From: Entomortierella parvispora E1425
Taxonomy: Eukaryota > Fungi > Mortierellomycota
Direction: 5' to 3'
NCBI GenBank assembly: GCA_020891255.1
Contig: BQFW01000009.1
Location: 1,364,001 to 1,428,000, forward strand
DNA length: 64,000 nucleotides
Positions 1 through 10,259 of this stretch are shown piece by piece. The position numbers and the translations under genes were made by a program. The notes under the pieces were generated by a model. That model was given only the letters and a program-made list of their open reading frames with translations, was not told where the DNA came from and searched no databases. Numbering within the stretch: position 1 is the first letter of the stretch; each line of letters starts with the position of its first letter.

Positions 1-1
1 A

Positions 2-277
2 CCACCCAAGAGGACTGAATCCTCCTCGACTTCTGGAAAGGCGGAGTTCAGACCAACTGTGGCGGATATTCAGAGACAGAACAGGATCGCCAAGACGATT
101 GTTGAGGCTGCGGGAGGAATCTATCTCGACACCGAAGCCATGTTTGCCATGCGACCCGACGGACGGATGGGAGAGGGCGACTGCACGCGCTTCTGTGCTC
201 CAGGGCCATTGGATGCTTACGCTGACCTGATCTACAATACCCTGCGCATCCTTCGCGCCCCACTGCCCCAGGAATGA
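2..277 (+). CDS. 3' end of a PC-esterase/TBL-like (SGNH-type) acyltransferase/esterase, 5'-partial
   Basis: Frame open from base 2 to TGA at 275-277. C-terminal motif RPDGR..GDCTRFCAPGPLD resembles the R.D.H...DCxHxCxPG signature of PC-esterase/TBL proteins. Confidence 0.55.
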   Translation, partial: PPKRTESSSTSGKAEFRPTVADIQRQNRIAKTIVEAAGGIYLDTEAMFAMRPDGRMGEGDCTRFCAPGPLDAYADLIYNTLRILRAPLPQE

Positions 278-348
278 GGATAGTGCGAAAAAAGGAAGGA
301 AAATGCATGTAAAAATATACAGTATAATGAATGTTGGCCCAGTGTATT

Positions 349-436
349 ATGACTTTGTATGACTTGATGTTTATCTCTATGTATCTCTATCTATGACTTT
401 GTATGACTTGATGTTTATCTCTATGTATCTCTATCT
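349..436. repeat. Perfect tandem duplication of a 44-bp unit
   Basis: atgactttgtatgacttgatgtttatctctatgtatctctatct occurs at 349-392 and 393-436, between two convergent 3' ends. Confidence 0.9.
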
Positions 437-468
437 TTCTCCTCTATCATCTCCTTTCAACTCAAGCT

Positions 469-2535
469 TCACAAGGCCATGGCAGCCTGTGCGGCTAGCC
501 ATTTTTTGGAGTGTTTAGCATGCTCGCGCTTGAAGGTGCCTCGGAGCTCGACATAGGGCAGAAACCTGAGCTGGGGAGGGACCACATTATACCGATCACT
601 CGCCTTCCGGATGATCCATTGAGGAGTATAGTGCAAAGCAATGCGACGCATGCAGTCACCCAAAAACCCCTACACCAAAGCAGAAGATACGTAAAAAATG
701 TATGCCTTGTGTTAGTTCACAATCGTGCAATGGACCATCCTTTGACTATTCTTTCATATAAGGTACTCTTTTCTCCTTACCTGGGTATGCATCAGGGATC
801 CCATTTGGCTAGAGAGGTTGACGGAGGTCCGACCGACGTCGTATCGGGTCTTGTAGTACTGCTCAAAGACCTTGGTGATACCCTGCTGAGAGGTCGATTC
901 CATATCGTACAGCAGGTTAGTCAGCTCAAGGGCTCCTTGGATAGCGCAACAGGCACCCTGTCCTCCAAAAGGAAGCATCTTGTGGCAGGCTGTTATTAAT
1001 GATCGCAGAGATATGATTCTTTGTTAGTGCACACAACTCAACAGCAGCCGCCAGATGCAGACGCGGAAGAACAGAAGAAACGCAACAATACAGTCCTCGC
1101 TTACCATCACCGAGCAACACGGTCCGGCCGTGGTACCAGGTTTGGAAACACTAAGATACATGGAATCGATGGAGATTATTTAGCCCATTAGCCCTATATA
1201 CCCATGTATTCAAATGAAAAAAAAGAACCCACTTTACATCTCTTACCTTCTCCTCCAACATGACCTTTGTAATCCGGTCTTTGGCTGTTTCTCCAATGAT
1301 ATCACCCAGTGTGTGTTTGCCGTAAGGAGAGGGGAGATGTGCAACCTGCTTGCATAGAGTCTCCGCGGCCTCTGGTCCCCATTCCGAGTACCTAAAGTTC
1401 TTCTGCTCTCCAGTCCCGCGCTCGTCCTGCACAATCATCCATCCAATTCGGCGGCCTTCAAGCGGCATGAACCACCACTAGAATAAAACAGCCAAAAGGG
1501 AATGCGTTAAACCATCTTTTATCAACAACGGCGTAGAGTACATACACTACAAGGGGTATTCAGCAACACAGAGATAGCCCAACTTACAGCAAAAGGAATG
1601 TCCTTTCCAAGGACAATCTCAAACTCACAAAACTCCTCCAGCACGACAGGAAACTTTTCGGGATCCAATGGCTGGGTGACACCCACGACACAATCATAAT
1701 CAAACCGCATTGGCTTGGCATCCACCTTGGGCAGCTGGCCAAGCTTCTCCAATTCTTGGTACATATTTTGTCTTACACTGCTGTAAGCACCATCGGCTCC
1801 CACTAAGATGGAGCCTTTATACACTGAGTCGTCAGAACAAGTGATCTGGACGTGATCCTCGCCCTGTTTGGTTTTCAAAACTCGTTTGTTGTAATGGATC
1901 TTGCTAGGTGGAATACGGGAGAGGAGCAATTTGATCAAATCTGGCCGGGAGACGACAATAGAGTAATCGCCATAGCTGAGGGAGAGAAATGGGGACACAA
2001 GGAGAATGGAGTCAGTATTGGTCAGTTGGGGTTCCAAAGAGGAGGGGAAATGGACCCACAAGGTAGGGCAGTTCGGGAGATCGATGTACACTTACACTTC
2101 CTTGACGTCAAAAACACCATCACCAGCGGTACGGAAGGCCCCAATCTCGGAGAGGTCCTCGTTTCTCAAGCGCAAAGCACCAAAAGGCTTCGACATTGCC
2201 TTGAGCTCCTCCCACATGCCCAATTGCTCAAAGAGCGTAGAGAGTGCACCTAACGCAATTCCTGATCCAAGCGGCCTTAACTCCTTTGTTTTCTCAAAGA
2301 TCTAAGTTTTAGAGAAAGGCTCCCGTGTTAGATCAAGAGTGGGGCTAAAAACGTTCTCATGGGGAAGTAAGAATGGAACGCGTGGGTAGTCGTTCCCAGT
2401 TGAGATCTCTTTGGGGAGAAAAGTTCGTATTCAAAGACGAACCTCGTATGAAATATCGGCACGCTCGAGCAGTACGCCCAGCATTAGCCCGGCAGTTCCA
2501 GCGCCGATGATAAGAACGTGAAGGTTGGAAGCCAT
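469..2535 (-). CDS. FAD-dependent monooxygenase (FAD_binding_3 family), 7 exons
   Basis: Exon 1 2535-2443 has MASNLHVLIIGAGTAG (GxGxxG). Exon 2 2301-2096 has IFEKTKELRPLGSG. Also ILVGADGAYSSVRQ and TWYHGRTVLLGD/ACHKMLPFGGQG. All six GT-AG introns join in phase; stop TGA at 471-469. Confidence 0.92.
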
Positions 2536-3234
2536 AGGAAGAAGAAAGGGAAGGGGGTTATACTTTTGACTCTCGACAAAAGTGGGGAGATGGGTTGGAG
2601 GGATGAGGATAGGCGAGAGACAGAGAAAGGGAGAGAGGAGGAGGGAAAGAAGGAAAGGCAGAAAGGAAAAGGAAAGTAGAGGGGTTTTCCGGTGGAAGGA
2701 ATGTCAATCCTCCCACCATCCTCGCCCTCTTTTTTTCGTCCTGGTGTCCCTTTCCGCTGTGACCAAAGTCTCAGTTGTTGGCTCTCAATGTGCCGAAGCT
2801 AATTTCGCTTCCGACTGGGAACTGTTGGGACTTTGAATATGTTAGGTCGCACAGACTACCTTCTAAGTACCAATGGTGTATGCTCTCCTGCTGGGCAAAG
2901 AGAAACGGGGCGATCAATCATCCCACTGTAATCGCTCATCTCTGGTGGCATATGAAAAATGGATGGGCTGAATGAATGGGTCCGGACCTTCTCCCCGAAA
3001 TCTCTGATAACATACCACTTGTGTCTTCTACGAAAGGTTTATTTTATATTTTGGATCGTTCTGAATTGTGATTGAAAGGTATTTTCCAGGATGGAGGCAA
3101 CAAGAGAGGTTGCGCCCGTACAAATATGTGTGAGAGAGATATAGCAGACGTGAGCCATGCTAGCATGCATGGCACGGCAACCTTAAAAAATTGGCTCCCA
3201 GTTCCCAGCGGTTGTGCTCCCGTGAAGTGAGGGT

Positions 3235-5046
3235 TTAGATTGGGGCCATCTTTGATGACTTGATGCTGTCTGGCATCCTCATCTGATAGTCCCCGTTCTG
3301 GGTAATGTAGCGGACCCATGGCAGAGCAGCATATCCAGACCGTTCTTGGATCTTGAGGTAACGGACCTGAATACCTGAGGTTGTAAAGTATGGGATCTCA
3401 AACTTGATAGAGATAGGTGGACGCTTGTCCGTGTCCTCGCCTAGTACAATTAGAAGCGTGAACAGTTAGCTTCCCGTTGCACTCCAGGAAACCCAAAGAC
3501 GACGATTGGATAAACAAGTACCATTTTTAACGGAAGGAAGACCAAAATGAGCCCTCATGGAGAACTCTTTGCCGCCCTGCAGCTGCTTAATCTTCCAGAT
3601 CACGCATCCTTTTTCTGGGACATATTGTACTGAGCCAATGCCGTTCTACAAGAGCAAAAAAAACAAAAAAAAATGAAGATTAGTCCACGGAAGAGTCCGT
3701 AATCTGCACTGCCAAGCCAATCCTAACCCATGGTCATACTCTGAATCTGGGGGTGTCGGCATCGTCGGCAACAGGGATATGAATTTCGACGTTGTTAGCT
3801 GATGAACGACGCTTGAACTGTGCTCTGACCTATTTTTCCGAAAAGAAAATTGGTGGCAAAAAAGACGGACAAATGAGATTCAGGACTCTCTGTAAACCAG
3901 CAATGCTCCCTTGAAAGTATGGTCAAGGGTCCTTACGCGAATCAGGTACTCGACTCTGCTTCCTGTGTAGTTCTCGACCAATGCCTCGACCCAAATGAGA
4001 GGCTTGACTTGGGTGTTGAGGCGGTAGGTCATCAGATCAAACTCGCCATCTGGGGGAATGAAGGAGATAGTCCTGTCGTTTTCGAACTTTGAGAGACGCA
4101 CGCACTGATGGAATTTGACATCCTCCATCTCGATGGACTTTCCTTTCGTAGGAGCTAAAGAAAATGGCCGACATGGAAACCTATCAGGAACATGACCACA
4201 ACTATACCATTTTACTGCCAAAATCCAGCTGCGAACTTACATCGTCCAGTGCTCTCGAACATGACCTTATCGTTCAATCCAAGGCGCAACTCGGGCATAC
4301 CCGACAAAAAGACCTTCATCTTGATGGCGCCCAGAATCTCTGATCTCAACACGTTTCCGTTGGCATTCACGAGCAAGTTCACTGATTCGACCACGTCCAA
4401 AAAGACTTCGTTCTTTCTATAACGGATACCCTCGGATCTCCAAGAAACTGCATTCGTAACCGCCATGGGTGGACGAACCTGGACCTCCAGCTTGTAGGCG
4501 TCCTGGGTGATGTACTCCTGCAAAATCTTGGACTCTGTCGTCTGGGGGTATCCGAAATCCATCATCTCGTCCAAAAGCTCGTAAATGATCACAAAGTTAT
4601 CCCTGATCGATTCTTCCTCGAGCTCTTTGAAATATTCTGTGAGAACCTCCGCGATGGTATGAAGGAACAACATGACGGTGGTTGCGTTCGAGTTTTTGCG
4701 CGAGATGGCCAACACTAGTCCACGTTTTTTTAAAGAAAAAAAATAATGTTAATCCTGTGTTGCTTGAGGATGATTGTGGTGCATTATGTAAGGCACCTGC
4801 TTCCCTTTACAGCAGCAATCGCCGTGCCGTGAACTTACAGAAGAGGTTGTTGTGTCGAATGTACATGTAGTTGATCCCGTCATCAGTGAAGCAGGGCGCG
4901 GGAGCCTGACCATCCTCTTCAGCATCGAGAACGAGGGGAAGGAATTTCTCGACGGCTGACATAGGAATGTCTCCACGGTAGTTTCGCGAGATGAGAACCT
5001 TGCCCTTGAGGTCAAGGATGAAGATGGCGGAAACTGCAGATGCCAT
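3235..5046 (-). CDS. APM1: AP-1 clathrin adaptor complex medium (mu1) subunit, multi-exon
   Basis: MASAVSAIFILDLKGKVLISRNYRGD, SIRDNFVIIYELLDEMMDFGYPQTTE, SFIPPDGEFDLMTYR, and C-terminal FEIPYFTTSGIQVRYLKI...ALPWVRYITQNGDYQ. Confidence 0.96.
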
Positions 5047-6128
5047 GTTGCTGGGGTGGGTGTGTGGGTTTGCTGTTAAAGCGTGAGAAGAAAACAAGAT
5101 GGTACTCTGTCCACGATCTTAACTAATACTACTTCTGTGTCTGATGCGCGTCGGTCGGATTGAAGGGCTGGTCCAGTCGTTTTGCCTGTCCACGGGTGAT
5201 GTTGATGGCGATGATGATGTGGATGATGACCCCGCCTGGCAGAAACCTCGAGAGTCTCCAGACGCCACGCAGTTGCACGTGATCATGTGGACTCTGATCC
5301 CGTGACGAGGGAAAAAGAGTGGCTATAAGTGCCTTCGATATGAGACCTGGCACCCCTATCCTCAATAAAATATCCTCATATCCCCCAAAGAAAAAGGTCC
5401 AAGCTTGGCGAGCGTCAGCACCACTGTTGATAGACTACGTTGCATTGGCATATGAAAATAGAATGTCAGGTTCCCTACCTCGTCAACGGCGCTTGAAGGC
5501 TGAAAAGCTTCCATGCACGCGCGTGAAAGAAGCCTACGCTGGCCATCTTGTTGCTTCTTGTGTTACCGTAGTTAATTAAGAAGTGTAAGGAACGAAAAGG
5601 GGATCAGCTTCAATAGTTACTATACTCTGTTGGACTTCATGTGCCTGTTTAAAAGCTCATGGGGCTCGCCCACATTTCGAATGGGGAACTGGTCATGTCT
5701 CATTATTCAGCTTTTTCTCAAAAAAATAATTTCACTTTTCGCCAAGCAATTGACGCAGGGAGCTATCTTGTACAGCAGGATAGGATAAGAACAGATTGGG
5801 GATAACACCAAGCTGCCATTGATTTGAGGATGTAGTGTCGGTCCAAGTCTTGAGAACGGGAGCTTTGATTTTTTTTTCGATCACTACGGTCGGCAAGATC
5901 GACAAATTCCGAGCCAGGGCAACGCACGGGTGTCAATTGAGCCGGTGCCTGTTTTTGGGTTGGTCACTCTCACACTGACGACTACCACATTTGGTCAATC
6001 AAGTTGCCCCAAAGTGACAAACGCTCATTAATCCCTCCACGTATGTTGGATGCTCTCAGTCTTTGACCCACTCTCCACATCCACATGGACTGGAATGAAG
6101 GGTGCGTGGCTCAGCTGCACCATGGGAA

Positions 6129-6136
6129 TATAAATA
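6129..6136 (+). promoter_or_regulatory. Candidate TATA box
   Basis: TATAAATA followed by a pyrimidine-rich tract, about 130 bp upstream of the ATG at 6268. Confidence 0.35.
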
Positions 6137-6267
6137 CCTCGTGCTTCTTGCTCTTCCTTCGCTATCCCCTTCTCTCCAAACTTTTTTCCTCAAGCTGATT
6201 TGTCATTGCTGATTTTCAAAACCTAACCAACAAGCTATTGAGAGCATCCTCTCCACTCCTCACCTCA

Positions 6268-7900
6268 ATGTCAATTCCCAGTAAAAACTTGCCGATCGAC
6301 CCGGACAGGAAAGGGGACTCTTCATCCTTTCCGAAGTCCAAGAAACGCTCTACTACCAAGCTTGTCTGGATTCTCCGACTCTTGCCCGCCGTCCTATTTG
6401 CATGCCATACTTATGTAGCGCAAGGTCCTTTCCAATCTCGAACCTGCCTTATTTTTGGCCGTAACTGTCGATCCAACACTGATGTCTACATGGACGCCTC
6501 CATTAACGTGGAAAAGGAAAACTACTACAATCCTGTTGTTCAGTACTACAAGTCCCTGTTCCAAACTCATGAAGACATCGGCGGATCACTGTCTGTATTT
6601 GTGAATGGTCAGGAGACTCTGAACATCTTTGCAGGATCCAAAGATCTGGAAGGTCGGATCAACTACGATGATCTGACCCTTCAACAAGTGTACTCTTCTG
6701 GAAAGGCGGTTGAGGGCATCGTGATGGCTCAATTGGTTGACAAGGGATTGGTGGACTATGAAGCACCCGTAAGCAAATACTGGCCTGAATTTGCAGTAAG
6801 TGGCAAGGAGAACGTCAGGATCGTGGATGTGATGACACATGAGTCAGGAGTGTTTTATCTGGACGACAAGCTAAGGGATCTGACCTGGGAATCGCTCAAG
6901 GACCAGGCGGCGTTTTCGGCCCGACTTGCGGGTCAAAAGCATTTCTTTGATGGAGAGATCAAGAGAGCCTATCAAGCTGTGAGTCGTGGATGGTACTTGA
7001 ACGAGATCGTGAGACGAGTCGATCCTCAGGGACGGACGATAGGTCAGATCGCCAGACAAGAGCTGATGGCGGATTACAAGGATGTTGAGCTTTACTATTC
7101 ACATTTCGACAACGATTCAGATTGGGAGAAGCGCTTGTCACCCATGGTCGACTACCCAGTTTTGAGGATCATCGGCAGACTGTTGTTGCCAAGGGCAGTG
7201 CAGACCAACAAATGGTTTGGATACCCAGAAATGGCACCGCTCCACCCCTTGGTTTGGCAATTAGTCATGAGATGGAGCTTGTCCTCTGAGGCGTTATCAC
7301 CCAGGATGGCACCTTTTGCCAAGGATTTTCGAACCAAAGAGGCACACGCTACAGAGAGCACCAGCTTCTCTTTGAAGACAAACGCGCACTCTGTAAGTTT
7401 CATTTTTTTTTTTTTTTGTTTTTGTTTTTTTGTTTTTTGTTTTTTTTCCTTCCTATTTCTTTGCGCTAACTCGTTCTCCCCCATCACAGTTGGCCAAGCT
7501 CATGTCGATGATGGCCAAAAGGGGCGAGTCCTTGGACCCTGGAAATGAACCTGATCTTCTCTCTCGCAAGACTTATGAAGAAGCCACGGCCTTTCACTCT
7601 GACCTCCCCTGCACAATCACTTTCGATACTCTACCACTCTCTCGGGGCGGGTGGGTCAAGTCCAAAGATTTTTATCCGGCTGGTCAATCTTTGAAAGGAG
7701 TCGAGGTTCAAGGATGGGGAGGCGCTGGCGGATCATTAGTCCTTTGGATTGAGGAACTGAACATTGGATTTTCTTATGTCACCAACGCCTTCGGAGCCAC
7801 TGAAGGTATTTTAGGTGACTTCAGAGGCAAGAATCTCTTGGATTTGGTCGTGAAGGCTCGGAAACAAGAACTCGGACTGTTGCCATTCGATAACGAATAA
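6268..7900 (+). CDS. Beta-lactamase-family serine hydrolase (~511 aa), N-terminal hydrophobic anchor, 2 exons
   Basis: Exons 6268-7392 and 7490-7900 (GTAAGT...CAG). SxxK motif VYSSGK, LVDYEAPVSKYWPEFA..GKENV, VMTHESG, WGGAGGS. Confidence 0.87.
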
Positions 7901-8020
7901 AATACCGTTGAATTTCATGGTTTTTTTTTTATTGTAGTCGAGTTGACGTGTGGTCATGAAGATCAGGAAAAGAGAAGGACGTGGTCTTCCAGCGTAATGA
8001 ACCCCAGGTACACTACCGAT

Positions 8021-8539
8021 TTACCACCAGCGGCGACCCCATCCCCACCCACGACCCCAGCCCCAGCCTCGGCCCCATCCGCGACGGCCCCATCCCCAAC
8101 CCCACTTTGATGGTCCTTCTCCGATGTCTTCGCCTCCAACCTTGCCGACATCGACATCGGCGTTGACCAAATCCTTGGCTTGCTCGGCCTTCGCAAGTTG
8201 GAAGTCTGCCTCTTTAGCTGTAGTTGACATCAGAACCGGTGAGATGTAACCGTGGTCGGGCTGGTTTTCGGTTCCGTAATGGACAATCTGGCTTGGCATC
8301 ATACCAGTACCTTCGTTGAGGTTGCCATAGTTGATGGGGGCTGAGGCAGTGTTCAAGGTCTTGGAAAAAGCTGAAGGGGCCGACAACCCGCCGAGGTTGA
8401 GCTTGTCAATCTTGGCATCAAGCGAGGAGCCAGGTGTGACCAAAGCCTCAGGACTGGCACCGTAGGCGACAAGGGGAGCAGCCGAGACTGCAGAAACGGC
8501 GAGAGCAGTGCCGAGAGCGAAAATGGTAGGGGGATGCAT
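8021..8539 (-). CDS. Small secreted protein (172 aa) with C-terminal Trp/Gly/Arg-rich cationic tail
   Basis: Signal-peptide-like MHPPTIFALGTALAVSAVSA. Intronless. Ends KWGWGWGRRGWGRGWGWGRGWGWGRRWW*. Confidence 0.8.
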   Translation of the reverse strand: MHPPTIFALGTALAVSAVSAAPLVAYGASPEALVTPGSSLDAKIDKLNLGGLSAPSAFSKTLNTASAPINYGNLNEGTGMMPSQIVHYGTENQPDHGYISPVLMSTTAKEADFQLAKAEQAKDLVNADVDVGKVGGEDIGEGPSKWGWGWGRRGWGRGWGWGRGWGWGRRWW

Positions 8540-8965
8540 CTTAACCTTTTTTTTTTTGAGTGGCGTTGATGGCAGGATAGGGAAGAACAGTGGAATGGGG
8601 GACACTCAACTGGAAGATGAGGGTCGTTTTATGGGTAGCTCATCAAGTTTCAATTCAGCAAACTCACCACCTTTATAAATCACTGGTCGATGAATCGAGC
8701 AATTCCTGTTGCGTTTTGCTGGCTGTTGGATATCATTGAGAGCTGATTGTTGCCTGGCAGGATGATCTCCGATGCTGAGGCTCAGGTCCTTCTCTGCAAT
8801 CTCATCCTTCTTGATGGTTGATGGCCTTCGGGGAAATATGGACTATATGTCCCGAAATGGACGTTTTTTTTTTCAGGGTAGACATAAAGCCCTGGGGATG
8901 ACAGCACTTTTTCATTACATTCACCCACTCTTCGGCACCACATTCAACTGGCACCATCCCCCTGT

Positions 8966-9493
8966 ATGATTTGGAACGTATTCATCGCCGCCTTGGCTGC
9001 TGCCTCTGCCTCCTCTACCAACTTGAAGCCGGCTTCCTCTCTAAATGCTGGAGCTTTTGAGCTGTATTCGAAGCTGCCTGCCCTCACTGTTGACCCGGTC
9101 TTGAAGGTCGTCTCGACGATAAGCCCCTCCGTCCAGGGCTCCACTTCCGGGACTAGAAATGACTTCATTGTCAAAAAATCGAGCGAAACAGACACTGAAG
9201 GCAATGGCAGCAAATCAGATCCGATTCCAAACCTCACCATTACCAAGGATCAACTCGAGCAGGCTCTTGGTTCAGCTCTGGATATCAAGTTCAATCTCGA
9301 GATCCTGACCAATAGAGCTGGTTATAAACTTGACTACGACAAAAACAGCAATGCAAAGCCACAGGTATTGGGTGAGATACCAGTGCACTTGAAGGTTCAC
9401 CGCTTGACGATTGGAGGAGTCCTGATTCCTACGATGACCTCCAAGTCCATTGACGAAGAACAGGGGCCAGTGAACTACGGAAACATCCTTTGA
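8966..9493 (+). CDS. Small secreted protein of unknown function (175 aa)
   Basis: ATG-initiated ORF with signal-like MIWNVFIAALAAASASS. AATAAA directly after the stop. Divergent from the 8021-8539 gene. Confidence 0.7.
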   Translation: MIWNVFIAALAAASASSTNLKPASSLNAGAFELYSKLPALTVDPVLKVVSTISPSVQGSTSGTRNDFIVKKSSETDTEGNGSKSDPIPNLTITKDQLEQALGSALDIKFNLEILTNRAGYKLDYDKNSNAKPQVLGEIPVHLKVHRLTIGGVLIPTMTSKSIDEEQGPVNYGNIL

Positions 9494-10259
9494 ATAAATA
9501 AAAAGAGCAGTAACTACGACTGTTGCCTCCCGCACGTGCCAAAAAATTTGTCTTCCAGAAGATTTCGGGTCAATCATTTTGCGGTCTGTGCGCAACAAAC
9601 TCACTCATCAATTCGCAGCCCCTCGGAGACTCTCACCCTCCCGATGGGAGTCGTACCTGATGGGCAAGGCATTAAAAGAGGAGGACCCCCTCCGTGGTTG
9701 AGACGACTGATGCCGACATCATACATGGTGTTCGAAAGGAACGACAACGAATATAAAGAAAGAAGAAGGGCCTTAAACCCGGGGAAGGTTGCTCAACCCC
9801 AAAGGGGAATTGGTCTCGATCTTGGCTTCGATCTTGGCATCGTTGCTACGAAGGTATAGGCAGATAGAAAGCGAGGACAAGGTCAAGAACAAAAAGAAAG
9901 AAATGGGTAAAAGAAGGAAAGGCATGAGACACAGAAGAGAAAGAAAAGTCGACGACCCGGGCCTGGGGATGCACAGGCCAAGACACTAGAAATGAAGTGC
10001 CGAACAGCCAATCCAACCCTATTCCCGGCCAATGTTTCTATCTTTCCTTTTGCCTTCCTTTTTTCTGCCCTTCCTTCCCGTCGTCGTCATCTTGCTCATC
10101 TCTTCTGCATCCCTGCCCTCGCCCTGCGTCATCGTCCACCCGACTGAACCGTTCATAAAGAGACATCTCATTCTCTTTTCCCCCTACCACATCCATCTTT
10201 CTTCCGCCCCCCCTTTGACCATCTCACAAAAAATCAACAATCAACCAAATCACCCGAGA

